Assembly (NCBI GenBank): GCA_035508305.1
Contig: DATJNE010000213.1
Location: forward strand, 12,205 to 76,204
Length of the DNA stretch: 64,000 nucleotides
Direction: 5' to 3'
Origin: Acidobacteriaceae bacterium
GTDB lineage: Bacteria; Acidobacteriota; Terriglobia; Terriglobales; Acidobacteriaceae
A program made the translations under genes and the position numbers. Shown here piece by piece: positions 46,134 through 57,206 of the stretch; positions within the stretch are counted from its first letter, which is position 1; each line of letters opens with the position of its first letter. The notes below the pieces were generated by a model. That model saw only the letters and a list, made by a program, of their open reading frames with translations, was not told the origin of the DNA and did not search any database.

Positions 46134-46341
46134 TGGAGACCTCCTCGGGTTGGCTTCGAACTGCTCTCGAAGTTCCCAACCTCTCATCCGGTCGTCCTTG
46201 CTCCGGATCGTCTCTGCAGCAAGTGAACGCAGGTGCGCACGAATTGTTGCGGTGAAGAACGCACAGCTCTGAGTCGTTGTCAGGATGACGGAGTGCTCAT
46301 GCTATAGGAGAGACACGGCGATGGTGGGAAAATAAGGACAT

Positions 46342-47529
46342 ATGGAAATGCTCGGGCTTTATGTGTCGATTCCGTTCTGCCGTTCCAAATGCACGTACTG
46401 CAATTTTGCTTCGGGAGTCTATTCCGCACACCATCACGTTCGCTACATTTCCCGCATCGAAACCGACCTGCGCTGCATCGCGAAATCCGCAAAGAAGTGG
46501 GGCGCTCGTCTGCCTCAGGCCGTCGACAGCATTTATCTCGGCGGAGGCACACCGTCGCTCCTTTCGCCTGTACTCGTCCGGCGTCTCTTCATGACGCTGC
46601 GACGCGAGTTTGCTGTGCTGCCGACAGCGGAGATCACGGTGGAGTGCGCTCCCGGTCAAATCGAGCCCTCTGTCCTCGAGGCCTTCGCGGAGTGCGGAGT
46701 GACGCGCATCAGCTTTGGCGTGCAGTCGTTTGTCGATGAAGAGGCCAAAGCCACCGGACGGCTGCACAGCCGCGCCATTGCCCTGGAGGATATCCGCCGG
46801 GTTCGCACCGCCGGCATCGGCGATATCAGCGTCGATCTGATCGCGGGGTTGCCCGGCCAGACCCTGAACTCCTGGTACGAATCGCTCGGCGTTCTTGTCG
46901 ATTCGGGAGCCGATCACGGCAGTATTTATATGTTGGAAGTGGACGAGGACTCCCGTCTGGGCCGCGAGTTGCTCGTGAGCGGAGGGCGCTATCGCGCGAA
47001 AGCGGTTCCCAACGAGGACCTCGTCGCGGAGCTGTACACCGAGGCCATCGGTTTTCTGGCCGGGCATGGCCTTGCCCAATATGAAATCTCGAACTTCGCT
47101 CGCGCAGGGCACGAGTCGCGGCACAACCTGAAATACTGGCGCCGCCAACCCTATCTGGGGTTCGGGCTGGACGCACATTCCATGTTGCGCACACGCGCTG
47201 GGGCGGCTTTGCGTTTCGGGACGACCGATGATTTCGACGCATACCTGGAAGGTCCCGGCTGGGATGACCCGATCCCGATGGGTCGCGAACACGAAATGGA
47301 AGAGGCCTGGTTCCTGGGACTGCGGATGAATGATGGCGTGAGCCTCGGCGCACTGCGCAGCGAGTTTTCGTCCTATGCCGTCCGTGATCTTCTCCCGACG
47401 ATTGCGGAACTGGAAGAGGAAGGGCTTGTCTCTCTGCGGGACGGTGATCGCGTCGCGCTGAGCGCGCGCGGCCGGTTGCTGTCCAATGAGGTCTTCGGGC
47501 GATTCCTGGCGGAACCAGCGGTCGCCTGA
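46342..47529 (+). CDS. hemW: radical SAM family heme chaperone HemW (HemN-like)
   Basis: [10 protein letters not shown] (CxxxCxxC) cluster motif with a HemN_C-like C-terminus. The ~395-aa size fits HemW rather than HemN. Confidence 0.85.
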   Translation: MEMLGLYVSIPFCRSKCTYCNFASGVYSAHHHVRYISRIETDLRCIAKSAKKWGARLPQAVDSIYLGGGTPSLLSPVLVRRLFMTLRREFAVLPTAEITVECAPGQIEPSVLEAFAECGVTRISFGVQSFVDEEAKATGRLHSRAIALEDIRRVRTAGIGDISVDLIAGLPGQTLNSWYESLGVLVDSGADHGSIYMLEVDEDSRLGRELLVSGGRYRAKAVPNEDLVAELYTEAIGFLAGHGLAQYEISNFARAGHESRHNLKYWRRQPYLGFGLDAHSMLRTRAGAALRFGTTDDFDAYLEGPGWDDPIPMGREHEMEEAWFLGLRMNDGVSLGALRSEFSSYAVRDLLPTIAELEEEGLVSLRDGDRVALSARGRLLSNEVFGRFLAEPAVA

Positions 47530-47566
47530 GTCATACTCGAATCCGGATGGTTTCTGGAGGGAATCG

Positions 47567-48649
47567 ATGTCTTCTGACACGGTTACGTTGGCCGAGCACG
47601 CTGCCGCTGCGTCTGCTTCCGTTGCTCTGATCGACCTGCGCAGCGATACCGTGACCCAACCCACAGCGGCGATGCGCGCTGCGATGGCTGCTGCCGAAGT
47701 GGGCGACGATGTCTACGGCGAAGACCCGACCATCAACAAGCTCGAGGCACGGGCCGCGGAGATCTTCGGACGGGAGGCCGGACTGTTCGTGCCCAGTGGC
47801 ACGATGGGAAATCAGACCGCCATCCGCCTCAACACCCAGCACGGCCAGGAAGTCATCTGCGAGGCCCGCTCCCACATCGTGGAGTGGGAGATCGCCATGG
47901 CCTCGGCCTTCTCCGGATGCCAGCTGCGGACGATCCCGGCAGAACGCGGCATCCTCACGTGGCAGGCCATCGAACCGCACATCACCGGCAAACATTATCA
48001 CCGGGCGCCCACGGGCCTGATCGCGCTGGAGAACTCCCACAACATGGCGGGTGGTACCGTCACACCGCCGGCGGTGATGGAAGAGATCCTGACCGGGGCG
48101 AAGGAGCGTGGGCTGCCCGTTCACCTCGACGGGGCGCGCATCTTCAATGCGTCGGCAGCGCTTGGGATGGGCGTGCGCGAGCTGACCCGCGGATTCACCA
48201 CCGTGATGTTCTGTTTGTCCAAAGGGCTGGGCGCGCCGGTCGGATCGATGCTGGTCGGCACGCATGATCAGATGGATCGCGCGCGGCTGATTCGCAAGGC
48301 GCTGGGCGGAGGGATGCGCCAGGCGGGCATTCTGGCGGCTGCGGGCCTGATCGCTCTCGAAGAAGGTCCTGGGCGCCTGCACGAAGATCACGCCAATGCG
48401 CGCTTTCTGGCCGAAGCCATCGCCGAAACGCCGGCTGCCATCGACCTGACCACTGTACAGACCAACATCGTCATCTTTCGCGTGCCCGGCGGCGACGGGG
48501 ACGCATTCGCGGCGAAGCTCAAACAACGCGGAATTCTGGCCGGATCGGTTTATAGGGAGAGCGTGCGATTTGTAACCCATCGCGATGTCGACCGGGCGGC
48601 GTGCGAGGAAGCCGCCCGGATTACCGCTGAACTCCTGAAGCAGGCATGA
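47567..48649 (+). CDS. ltaE: low-specificity L-threonine aldolase
   Basis: [14 protein letters not shown] and the PLP-lysine segment [13 protein letters not shown]. Confidence 0.85.
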   Translation: MSSDTVTLAEHAAAASASVALIDLRSDTVTQPTAAMRAAMAAAEVGDDVYGEDPTINKLEARAAEIFGREAGLFVPSGTMGNQTAIRLNTQHGQEVICEARSHIVEWEIAMASAFSGCQLRTIPAERGILTWQAIEPHITGKHYHRAPTGLIALENSHNMAGGTVTPPAVMEEILTGAKERGLPVHLDGARIFNASAALGMGVRELTRGFTTVMFCLSKGLGAPVGSMLVGTHDQMDRARLIRKALGGGMRQAGILAAAGLIALEEGPGRLHEDHANARFLAEAIAETPAAIDLTTVQTNIVIFRVPGGDGDAFAAKLKQRGILAGSVYRESVRFVTHRDVDRAACEEAARITAELLKQA

Positions 48650-48699
48650 AAACGCAGTGAATCGTGAGCCGAGTCACCGGCTCGGTGCATCGAAAAGAC

Positions 48700-48705
48700 T
48701 ATAAT
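48700..48705 (+). promoter_or_regulatory. TATAAT -10 box 8 nt upstream of the GT2 start codon (possible leaderless transcript)
   Basis: Perfect TATAAT at 48700-48705 with the ATG at 48714. No Shine-Dalgarno fits in between, and no convincing -35 is present. Confidence 0.3.
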
Positions 48706-48713
48706 CAGGACAC

Positions 48714-49700
48714 ATGCCGAAGTATTCCATCGTCGTTCCGTTTCATAACGAAGAAGACAGCGTTACAGCTCTGTATGACCGTCTGAAAGAGGTCATGGAG
48801 CACGTCGGCGAGTCGTTCGAGCTGGTTTTCGTCGATGACGGCTCGAATGACCGTACCTGCCGCCTGCTCGAAGAAATTGCCGCCGTCGACAGCCGCGTGC
48901 TCGTGGTAAAGCTGCGGCGCAATTTTGGCCAGACGTGCGCCCTGGCGGCCGGCTTCGACCATGCCGAAGGCGAATTCATTCTGGCGATGGACGGCGATCT
49001 GCAGCACGACCCGGGCGAGATTCCCGTCTTCCTCGAAAAGCTGGAAGAGGGCTACGACGTCGTGAGCGGCTGGCGCAAAGAGCGCATCGACAATTTCGTC
49101 ATGCGCCGCATCCCCTCGCGCTGCGCGAACTGGCTGATGGCGAAGTTGTCGGGCGTGGACATCCACGACTTCGGCACGACGTTCAAGGCTTACCGCCGCG
49201 AGGTCATCCACAACATCCCGCTCTACGGCGAGATGCATCGTTTCATTCCGGCGCTGGCCTCCTGGTATGGCGCCAGCATCTGCGAAGTGCCCATCACCAA
49301 TGTGAATCGCAGCGGCGGCAAGTCGCACTATGGCATCGGCCGGACCTTCCGGGTCTTCTTCGACCTGATGACGATTCGCTTCCTGCTGAAGTACATGACG
49401 CGCCCTCTGCATTTCTTCGGACTCTTCGGCGCACTGGGAGTTCTGGGGGGGAGCGGCCTGTCGGTCTTCCTCCTCGCCCTGAAGGTTTTTACCCATCAGC
49501 ACGTCATGGACCAGCACGGGCCGCTCTTTGTCGTTGCCGCGGTCATGATTCTTGCCGGCATCCAGTTGCTGGCCATCGGCCTGCTCGGCGAGCTGCAGGT
49601 GCGCCATTACCACGCCGCCACGCAGCGAGCCCCCTACACGATCGATCGGCTGGTGCGGCTGCGCGCCTCCGAAGAATCGAATATTCTGCCCGACAATTAA
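48714..49700 (+). CDS. polyprenyl-phosphate glycosyltransferase (GT2; DPM1/GtrB/ArnC-like)
   Basis: YSIVVPFHNEE, VFVDDGSND and MDGDLQHDP motifs, plus two C-terminal TM helices. Confidence 0.85.
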   Translation: MPKYSIVVPFHNEEDSVTALYDRLKEVMEHVGESFELVFVDDGSNDRTCRLLEEIAAVDSRVLVVKLRRNFGQTCALAAGFDHAEGEFILAMDGDLQHDPGEIPVFLEKLEEGYDVVSGWRKERIDNFVMRRIPSRCANWLMAKLSGVDIHDFGTTFKAYRREVIHNIPLYGEMHRFIPALASWYGASICEVPITNVNRSGGKSHYGIGRTFRVFFDLMTIRFLLKYMTRPLHFFGLFGALGVLGGSGLSVFLLALKVFTHQHVMDQHGPLFVVAAVMILAGIQLLAIGLLGELQVRHYHAATQRAPYTIDRLVRLRASEESNILPDN

Positions 49701-49863
49701 GAGCAGGGCGGGTACCTCCCACGGCAACCCACTCGCGCGCGCGTCCAATCTCATAGGCGGGATTTTGGTTTGGGCTTCGTATAATCTCGCTAGCTGACGC
49801 GCGCAGTCGTTGGCATGCGCGGCAGCGCGAAGCCGGTGCTCCGCCGGAGAGTCAATCACAGCC

Positions 49864-51858
49864 ATGCAGAAACCCGCGGATGGACGGAAGCGCGTCGTCA
49901 TCGAGAGCGTCGAGCCGGAAATTGAGGCGGGCCGTTACCCGATCAAGCGCATCATGGGCGATTCCGTCGCAGTGGAGGCGGATATTTTCGCCGATGGCCA
50001 CGATCACGTGACCGCGCGGCTTCTGTTTCGTTTCGATGAAATCGCGGACTGGACCGCCATCCCCATGCGCCCGCTGGGCAATGACCGCTGGCGTGCGGAG
50101 TTTCCGGTCGCGCGCATGGGCGAATACCGGTACACCGTGGCCGGCTGGATCGATCACTTCGATACCTGGCGCAGCGACCTGGAAAAGCGCATTGCCGCCG
50201 GCCAGGATATCCGCGTCGATCTGCTCAACGGGGCTGTGCTGGCAGAGCAGGCTGCGGAGCGCGCCGGCCGCGACGACGGCGACGAACTACGGCGCTCGGC
50301 GATGCTGCTCCGTTCCACCAACGATGCGCAATCCGCGAAGGAGGCTGCTCTGGATCCGGCGCTCGCCGCTCTGATGGCGCGGTATCCCGATCCGGCGCTG
50401 GAAAACCGCTACTGCCGCGAGCTCCGCGTCACCGTGGATCGCGAGAAGGCGCGCTACTCCGCCTGGTACGAGATGTTTCCCCGTTCGACGGCAGCGGAGC
50501 CCGGGCGGCACGGGAGCTTCCGCGACTGCGAGGCCCGGCTCGATTATGTCGCGCGGCTGGGATTCGACGTGCTCTACCTGCCACCGATCCATCCCATCGG
50601 CCTCAGCTTTCGCAAGGGGAAGAACAACTCCACGACTGCGGAGCCGGCCGATGAGGGCAGTCCCTGGGCGATCGGGGCCCGAGAGGGCGGCCACACCGCG
50701 ATTCATCCGAAACTGGGCAGTCTCGAGGATTTTCGAAGTCTGCTCCGCGCAGCCGCCGCCAAAGGCATCGAGCTGGCCCTGGATATTGCCTTTCAGTGCT
50801 CCCCCGATCACCCCTGGGTGACGGAGCATCCGGAGTGGTTCAGGCACCGCGCCGACGGGACCATCCAGTACGCCGAGAATCCTCCCAAGAAATACCAGGA
50901 CATTTATCCTCTCGACTTTGAAAGCAGCGACTGGGCTGGCCTGTGGGATGCCCTGCGCGATGTCTTTCGCTTCTGGCTGGAGCAGGGCGTGCGCATCTTC
51001 CGTGTCGATAATCCGCACACCAAGGCCTTTCCCTTCTGGGAATGGTGCATCGCGGAGCTGAAGCGCGATTTCCCCGACGCATTATTTCTCGCCGAAGCCT
51101 TCACACGCCCTCGCGTGATGCAACGGCTGGCCAAGCTGGGATTCTCGCAGTCTTACACTTACTTCACCTGGCGCAACACGAAGCAGGAAATCATCGAGTA
51201 CTTCACCGAACTGACGCAAACCCCGGTTTGCGAGTATATGCGACCCAACCTCTGGCCGAATACGCCGGACATCCTCCACGAAACGCTGCAGGTCGGCGGA
51301 CGGCCCACGTTTATCAACCGGATCGTGCTCGCGGCGACGCTTGGTCCGAATTACGGCATCTACGGCCCGGCCTTCGAACTGCTCGAGAACAAGCCTCTGC
51401 GTTTCGGCAGCGAGGAGTACCTCAATTCAGAGAAGTACGAGATTCGCCACTGGAACCTCGACGATCCCGGCAGCATTGCCGGCATCATCACGACCATCAA
51501 TCGCGCCCGCCGCGAGAACCCGGCGCTCCATGCCAGTCACGATCTCCATTTTCACCCGACCGACAACCCCTGTCTCATCGCCTGCAGCAAGGCGAGCGCG
51601 GACGGCATGAATCGCGTCCTGACCGTTGTGAATCTCGATGCGTTTCACCGGCAGTCGGGCTGGGTTCATCTGCATCTGGATCGCCTCGGTCTGCGCGCCG
51701 ACGAAAGCTTTCAGGTTCTCGATGAGCTGACCGGCGCTCGCTATCTGTGGCAGGGACCGCGCAACTATGTCGAACTCGACCCGGCGAAGATTCCGGCGCA
51801 CATCTTCCGCGTCCTGCGCAGGGTGCGTTCGGAAAGAGATTTCGATTACTACCAATGA
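49864..51858 (+). CDS. glgE: alpha-1,4-glucan:maltose-1-phosphate maltosyltransferase
   Basis: GlgE-type N-terminus ([18 protein letters not shown]), GH13 catalytic region ([16 protein letters not shown]), and the treS/pep2 neighbour. Confidence 0.9.
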   Translation: MQKPADGRKRVVIESVEPEIEAGRYPIKRIMGDSVAVEADIFADGHDHVTARLLFRFDEIADWTAIPMRPLGNDRWRAEFPVARMGEYRYTVAGWIDHFDTWRSDLEKRIAAGQDIRVDLLNGAVLAEQAAERAGRDDGDELRRSAMLLRSTNDAQSAKEAALDPALAALMARYPDPALENRYCRELRVTVDREKARYSAWYEMFPRSTAAEPGRHGSFRDCEARLDYVARLGFDVLYLPPIHPIGLSFRKGKNNSTTAEPADEGSPWAIGAREGGHTAIHPKLGSLEDFRSLLRAAAAKGIELALDIAFQCSPDHPWVTEHPEWFRHRADGTIQYAENPPKKYQDIYPLDFESSDWAGLWDALRDVFRFWLEQGVRIFRVDNPHTKAFPFWEWCIAELKRDFPDALFLAEAFTRPRVMQRLAKLGFSQSYTYFTWRNTKQEIIEYFTELTQTPVCEYMRPNLWPNTPDILHETLQVGGRPTFINRIVLAATLGPNYGIYGPAFELLENKPLRFGSEEYLNSEKYEIRHWNLDDPGSIAGIITTINRARRENPALHASHDLHFHPTDNPCLIACSKASADGMNRVLTVVNLDAFHRQSGWVHLHLDRLGLRADESFQVLDELTGARYLWQGPRNYVELDPAKIPAHIFRVLRRVRSERDFDYYQ

Positions 51859-54800
51859 GCACGCAGGACTCCATTCCGGACACGAAGTTCATCGTTCGCA
51901 GGCCGGGGAGCGTGGCCGATCCGCTCTGGTTCAAGGACGCGATCATCTACGAAGTTCACGTCAAGGCATTCTGCGACAGCAACAACGACGGTATCGGCGA
52001 CTTTCCAGGACTGATGCAGAAGCTCGATTACCTGCAGGATCTGGGCGTGACCTGCCTGTGGCTGCTGCCGTTCTTTCCATCGCCCCTGCGCGACGATGGC
52101 TACGACATCTCCGACTACATGAGCGTTCACCCGAGTTACGGGACGCTCGAGGATTTCCAGCACTTCCTTCATGCCGCCCATGACCGCGGTCTCCAGGTGA
52201 TGATCGAGCTCGTCATCAACCACAGCTCCGACCAGCATCCCTGGTTCCAGCGCGCGCGCCACGCGCCCGCCGGCTCGAACGAGCGCAACTACTATGTGTG
52301 GAGCGACACCGACCAGAAATACAAAGACGCCCGCATCATCTTTACAGATACGGAGAAGTCCAACTGGACCTGGGATCCTGTGGCGCAGGCGTACTACTGG
52401 CATCGCTTCTTTTCGCATCAGCCGGATCTGAACTATGACCACCCGGAAGTGCTGCGGGAAGTTCTTCATGTCATGCGCTACTGGCTCGACATGGGGGTCG
52501 ACGGGCTGCGCATCGATGCAATTCCGTATCTGGTCGAGCGTGACGGGACCAACTGCGAGAATTTGCCCGAGACCCATGCCGTGATCAAGGCAATCCGGGC
52601 GGCGATCGATCAGGGGTACGCCGGGCGCATGGTGCTGGCCGAAGCCAACCAGTGGCCGACCGACGTTCGCCCCTATTTCGGCGACGGCGACGAATGCCAC
52701 ATGGCGTTTCACTTTCCCCTGATGCCGCGCATCTACATGGCGCTCCGCCAGGAGGATCGGCTGCCGATCACCGACATCATGGCGCAGACCCCGGCGATCC
52801 CCGATAACTGCCAGTGGGGGCTCTTCCTGCGCAATCACGACGAACTCACGCTGGAGATGGTGAGCGACGACGAGCGCGACTACATGTATCTGGCCTACAG
52901 CGCCGATCCGCGCATGCGCATCAATATCGGCATCCGCCGCCGTCTGGCTCCTCTGCTCGACAACAACCGCCGCCGCATCGAATTGCTGAACAGCATCCTG
53001 TTTTCGTTTCCCGGCACCCCCATCCTTTATTACGGCGACGAGATCGGGATGGGCGACAACATCTATCTGGGCGATCGCAACGGAGTGCGCACCCCCATGC
53101 AGTGGACTCCGGACCGCAATGCCGGTTTCTCGCGCGCGAACCCGGCTAAGCTCTACAGCCCGGTCATCATGGATCCGGTGTGGGGCTATGAAGCGATCAA
53201 CGTCGAGGCGCAGCAGAACGACCCTTCGTCGCTGCTGAACTGGATGCGTAACATGATCGCGCTGCGCAAGCTGTTCCAGGTTTTCGGCCGCGGATCGCTG
53301 CGTCTTCTCGAGCCCTCCAACCGCAAGATCCTTGCCTATATTCGGCATTTCGATGGCGAGACTGTGCTCTGCGCAGCGAACCTTTCACGCTTCGCGCAAC
53401 CGGTGCAGCTGGACTTGTCCGGCATGGAAGGCATGACGCCGGTGGAGATGCTGGGCTACGTTGAGTTCCCGCCGATCACAAAGGCTCCCTACTCGCTCAC
53501 GCTGGGTCCCTATGGATTCCTGTGGCTCGAGATTCAGCCGTCGGCGAACGCGGCCGACGAGATTCCTTCTGCGGAAAGCGAACCCGCCTTTTACGTAGAG
53601 AACGAACGCGACTGGCAGAGCATCGTCTCGGGAGACGGGGTGCGCCGGCTGGAAGCGATTCTTCCCGCCTGGCTGCAGCGCCAGAGGTGGTTCGGCAGTA
53701 AGTCAAAGAATATTGTTCGTGCAAAGATCGCCGACTCGGTTCTCTTCGACGATTATCGATCCGCGCTGGTGTGGGTGTCGGTCGACTATCTCGAGGAGGA
53801 TTCGGATTCCTGGCTGTTATGTCTGACGATGAGTTTTGACGAGGCGGCGGCCGGGCTGCGCGAATCCACGCCAGGCCAGGTGATCGCCACCGCCGGGTCG
53901 GCGACCCGAACCGGAATTCTGCACGAAGGATTAACGGGAAATGCGCCCCTTGCGCTGCTCGAGATCCTGAGCGGCGGCCAGCAGTTGCGCACGCGGAATG
54001 GGAACCTGATCGGTCTGCCGAGTTCCGTGCAAACCACCCTGCGCGGCACGCAGCCGCTCGCCCCACGTGTGAGCAGCGCGGAGCAGAGCAACACTTCGGC
54101 GATCTTCGGCGATCGGCTCATCATGAAGTTTTTCCGCCGCCAGCAGCAGGGCGAGAACCCCGACGTCGAGATCGGCCGGTTTCTTACCGAGGAGGCGAAG
54201 TTCCCCAACATCCCGCCGTTCGGAGGATCGATTGAGGTGCGCCGCCCGAGTGAGGAGCCGTCAACGATCGTGCTGCTGCAGGGGCTGGTGCAGAACGAAG
54301 GCGACGGGTGGCAGTGGACCCTGGAGGAACTGGGTCGCTACTACGAGAGCACTGCAACCCTGAAGTCTCCCGCGATTCCGGCTGACGGAAGCGTACCTGC
54401 GGCGTCGCATCCCGCCGCCCGCGAGTACGCAGGTATCTATCTGGACGCCGCAGCGGTGCTGGGCCGGCGAACCGCGGAGATGCATCTGGCGCTCGCGTCG
54501 GGTCATGACGCGGCCTTTGCGCCAATGGCGCCCGAGCCCGGCGACCTGGAATCCATGCGCGATCATCTGGCCGGTCACGCTGCTCATGCTTTTGACCTGC
54601 TGAAGACCAACCTTTCCCGGCTGCCGGAAGACACGATCGAGTCCGCCGGCCTGGCGCTCAGTCGCCGCGGCGTTCTGTTGACAAAACTCCGCGCGCTGGC
54701 CGAACTCAAGGCGGTTGGGCGGTGGATCCGGATCCATGGGGACTATCACCTTGGGCAGGTGCTGCGGGCAAGAAGCGATTTCGTAATCCTGGATTTCGAG

Positions 54801-55175
54801 GGAGAACCGGCCCGCTCACTCGCCGAGCGGCGGGCGAAAAACTCTCCGCTCAAGGATGTAGCCGGAATGTTGCGCTCCTTCAGTTACGCAGCGTTCGTCG
54901 GCCTCACCCAGTACACAACTCGGCGTCCTGAAGACTTCGCGCAGCTCCAGTCCTGGGCGCGCCTTTGGGAGACGTCAGTTTCCGGGGCATTCCTGCACGC
55001 GTATCGCGCGACCGTCGCCGATTCGCCCATTGTTCCGCCAGCCCCCGGCAATTTCGACCCGCTGCTCCACATCTATATGCTGGATAAGGGGCTGTATGAG
55101 CTGGTCTACGAACTGAACAATCGCCCGACATGGATTCGCATCCCACTGCACGGCATTTTGTCCCTGCCGTTGTGA
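51855..55175 (+). CDS. treS: fused trehalose synthase / maltokinase
   Basis: N-terminal GH13 TreS ([40 protein letters not shown]). The C-terminal ~450 aa are Pep2/Mak-like ([12 protein letters not shown] kinase motif). ATGA overlap with glgE. Confidence 0.9.
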   Translation: MSTQDSIPDTKFIVRRPGSVADPLWFKDAIIYEVHVKAFCDSNNDGIGDFPGLMQKLDYLQDLGVTCLWLLPFFPSPLRDDGYDISDYMSVHPSYGTLEDFQHFLHAAHDRGLQVMIELVINHSSDQHPWFQRARHAPAGSNERNYYVWSDTDQKYKDARIIFTDTEKSNWTWDPVAQAYYWHRFFSHQPDLNYDHPEVLREVLHVMRYWLDMGVDGLRIDAIPYLVERDGTNCENLPETHAVIKAIRAAIDQGYAGRMVLAEANQWPTDVRPYFGDGDECHMAFHFPLMPRIYMALRQEDRLPITDIMAQTPAIPDNCQWGLFLRNHDELTLEMVSDDERDYMYLAYSADPRMRINIGIRRRLAPLLDNNRRRIELLNSILFSFPGTPILYYGDEIGMGDNIYLGDRNGVRTPMQWTPDRNAGFSRANPAKLYSPVIMDPVWGYEAINVEAQQNDPSSLLNWMRNMIALRKLFQVFGRGSLRLLEPSNRKILAYIRHFDGETVLCAANLSRFAQPVQLDLSGMEGMTPVEMLGYVEFPPITKAPYSLTLGPYGFLWLEIQPSANAADEIPSAESEPAFYVENERDWQSIVSGDGVRRLEAILPAWLQRQRWFGSKSKNIVRAKIADSVLFDDYRSALVWVSVDYLEEDSDSWLLCLTMSFDEAAAGLRESTPGQVIATAGSATRTGILHEGLTGNAPLALLEILSGGQQLRTRNGNLIGLPSSVQTTLRGTQPLAPRVSSAEQSNTSAIFGDRLIMKFFRRQQQGENPDVEIGRFLTEEAKFPNIPPFGGSIEVRRPSEEPSTIVLLQGLVQNEGDGWQWTLEELGRYYESTATLKSPAIPADGSVPAASHPAAREYAGIYLDAAAVLGRRTAEMHLALASGHDAAFAPMAPEPGDLESMRDHLAGHAAHAFDLLKTNLSRLPEDTIESAGLALSRRGVLLTKLRALAELKAVGRWIRIHGDYHLGQVLRARSDFVILDFEGEPARSLAERRAKNSPLKDVAGMLRSFSYAAFVGLTQYTTRRPEDFAQLQSWARLWETSVSGAFLHAYRATVADSPIVPPAPGNFDPLLHIYMLDKGLYELVYELNNRPTWIRIPLHGILSLPL

Positions 55176-55196
55176 CCGAGGAATCAGGCCGCTGAG

Positions 55197-56444
55197 ATGG
55201 TACCGGTCGAAATTACGGAGGAAACCAAACAGCAGATCGAGCGGATCGGCTCCGCCGATGTGGTGGTCGGCGTGGCCGGTACGGTCTCTCCCGACGACCT
55301 GCGCCCTCGCGCGGAGCGAGTCCTCCAGGAGCTGGGCTCCGGCGCATCGGCGATGCGTTTTGTCTTTGCCTGGCCGGGAACGGCGTCAGACACCGCTGTT
55401 GAAGCGGGCGACCATTCGCCGCTCAGGATGCTGCCCTTTTCGCCTCCTGCCCAGGGCGGCGCGGAATTCTGGGCCGGTGTTTCTGCGCACCAGCGCGCCG
55501 TTCTCAGTCTGGCGTCGTCGCTGAATGCGCGGGCCTGTATCGTTCTGGGGTCGGATCTCGCCGCTCTGGACGCGCATGCGATCCAGTTGTTTGTCTACGC
55601 CGTTCTTGACCGGCAGTGCGGGCTCGTCATGCCTGTCTATCCGGCGGCGAAAAACGACGGCCTGATCAACAGCGGCATCCTTTCGCCCCTCAGCCGCGCA
55701 CTCTACGGCAGGAGAGTCCGCTTTCCCCTGACCTTCGATTTTGCGGCGTCCGGCGCCTTGTGCGCCAGCCTCGCCCAAACCAATGCCGCCGCCCAGGCCT
55801 CCGGGAACGCGTTGCTGTGGCCTGTCACGGTGGCTGCGACGCAGCATGCGCAGGTCCCGGTCGGCCAGGTGTACATCGATGTGCATCACAGCGTCGCGAC
55901 CGAAGGGCTGGAACTGAGCGCCGTCCTGGGCCAGCTCACCGGCTCTCTCTTTCACGAGATGGAACTGTGTGCGTCCCATTGGCAGCGCATTCGCGGCTCG
56001 CAGCCGACCGTCGTGTGGGGTAATGCCGGCGACGGCCCTCCGGACGGGCAGGCCATCGATCCACAGCCAATGCTGGACTCGTTTCTGCTTGGGTCGAAGA
56101 ACCTGGATGAAGTCTGGCGTCTTATCCTGCCGCCCAACACGCTCCTGGAGCTGCGGCGCCTCACGCGGCTTGCGCCCGAACAATTCCGCATGCCCGAGGA
56201 TTTGTGGGCCGGCATCGTGTATGACTTTGCGCTGGCCTACCGCCTGCGCACCATCAGTCGCGTGCATCTGCTCGGTGCTCTCACGCCGCTGTATCTGGGC
56301 TGGGCTGCGTCGTATGTCCGCGAGGTTTCCAGTCTGGGCGCCGCCGCGGCCGAACAACGCCTGGAAGGGTTTGCCCGCGCCTGGGAAGAGAAGAAGCCGT
56401 ATCTGCTTTCGCGCTGGAGATGGCCGGATCGCTTCAACCCCTGA
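55197..56444 (+). CDS. hypothetical protein, possibly a degenerate GT-A (glucosylglycerate-synthase-like) fold
   Basis: 415-aa ORF 21 nt after treS/pep2. The N-terminal ...QQIERIGSADVVVGVAG... resembles the start of a GT family I recall as (I/L)EEIGxADhhVGIPSYNN, but the PSYNN and SDGGS-type motifs are replaced. Confidence 0.6.
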   Translation: MVPVEITEETKQQIERIGSADVVVGVAGTVSPDDLRPRAERVLQELGSGASAMRFVFAWPGTASDTAVEAGDHSPLRMLPFSPPAQGGAEFWAGVSAHQRAVLSLASSLNARACIVLGSDLAALDAHAIQLFVYAVLDRQCGLVMPVYPAAKNDGLINSGILSPLSRALYGRRVRFPLTFDFAASGALCASLAQTNAAAQASGNALLWPVTVAATQHAQVPVGQVYIDVHHSVATEGLELSAVLGQLTGSLFHEMELCASHWQRIRGSQPTVVWGNAGDGPPDGQAIDPQPMLDSFLLGSKNLDEVWRLILPPNTLLELRRLTRLAPEQFRMPEDLWAGIVYDFALAYRLRTISRVHLLGALTPLYLGWAASYVREVSSLGAAAAEQRLEGFARAWEEKKPYLLSRWRWPDRFNP

Positions 56445-56468
56445 GCAGAGACGAAAGGAGAAGAGGAT

Positions 56469-57173
56469 ATGTGGCAGCAGGTCGAACAATCGCTTCATTC
56501 ATCGATGGGTCGGGTGATGAACAAAATCGCCACACTGCTGCCCGGCATCCTGGCATTCATCGTTGCGTTTCTTGTCTTCCTTCTGGTGGGGTGGCTGCTG
56601 TCGATCCTCGTCAGCCGCATCCTCTCAGCCCTCAGATTTGACGAGCGCATGAGCCGCGGCACCAATGCCATCGCGGAATGGAGTCCGCGCACCACGCCGT
56701 CCCTTCTGATCGGCCGCATCGTCTTCTGGTGTTTCGTCATCGCCGGAGTCGTCGTCGGCGTCTCCGCTTTCGAAGCCGGCACATCGGAAAATGTCCTCTC
56801 CGGTTGGGTGCTGGGCTACGTGCCGCGCCTGGTCGGGGCAGCCGTCCTGCTGCTGGCCGGCAATGTTCTGGCGCGCTTTGTCTCGCGCAGCGTGCTCATT
56901 ACCGGCGTCAATCTCAACCTCAGCTATGCCCGCCTGCTCAGCATGGGGGCCAGGTGGATGATCCTGGTGCTGACCGGCGCCATGGTGCTCGATCACCTCG
57001 CGCTGGGCGGGGAGATCGTTGAACTGGGGTTCGGCATCCTCTTTGGCGGAATCGTCTTCGCTCTCGCGCTGGCCGTGGGCCTGGGCTCGCGGGATCTGGT
57101 CAGCCGCTCGCTGGAACGAGAAGCCACGCGTCCGGTCGAGACTGCCCAGCCGGAAAAGATCCACCATTTTTGA
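56469..57173 (+). CDS. membrane protein with TM_helix-type repeats (as in MscS-like N-termini), no channel domain
   Basis: Four to five TM helices in a repeated pattern (LPGILAFIVAFLVFLLVGWLL; VPRLVGAAVLLLAGNVLARFV). No MscS beta-domain. 24 nt after the preceding gene. Confidence 0.6.
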   Translation: MWQQVEQSLHSSMGRVMNKIATLLPGILAFIVAFLVFLLVGWLLSILVSRILSALRFDERMSRGTNAIAEWSPRTTPSLLIGRIVFWCFVIAGVVVGVSAFEAGTSENVLSGWVLGYVPRLVGAAVLLLAGNVLARFVSRSVLITGVNLNLSYARLLSMGARWMILVLTGAMVLDHLALGGEIVELGFGILFGGIVFALALAVGLGSRDLVSRSLEREATRPVETAQPEKIHHF

Positions 57174-57206
57174 GGGTGTTGCCGGCGTCGTCGCTTGTCT
57201 CGAGAT

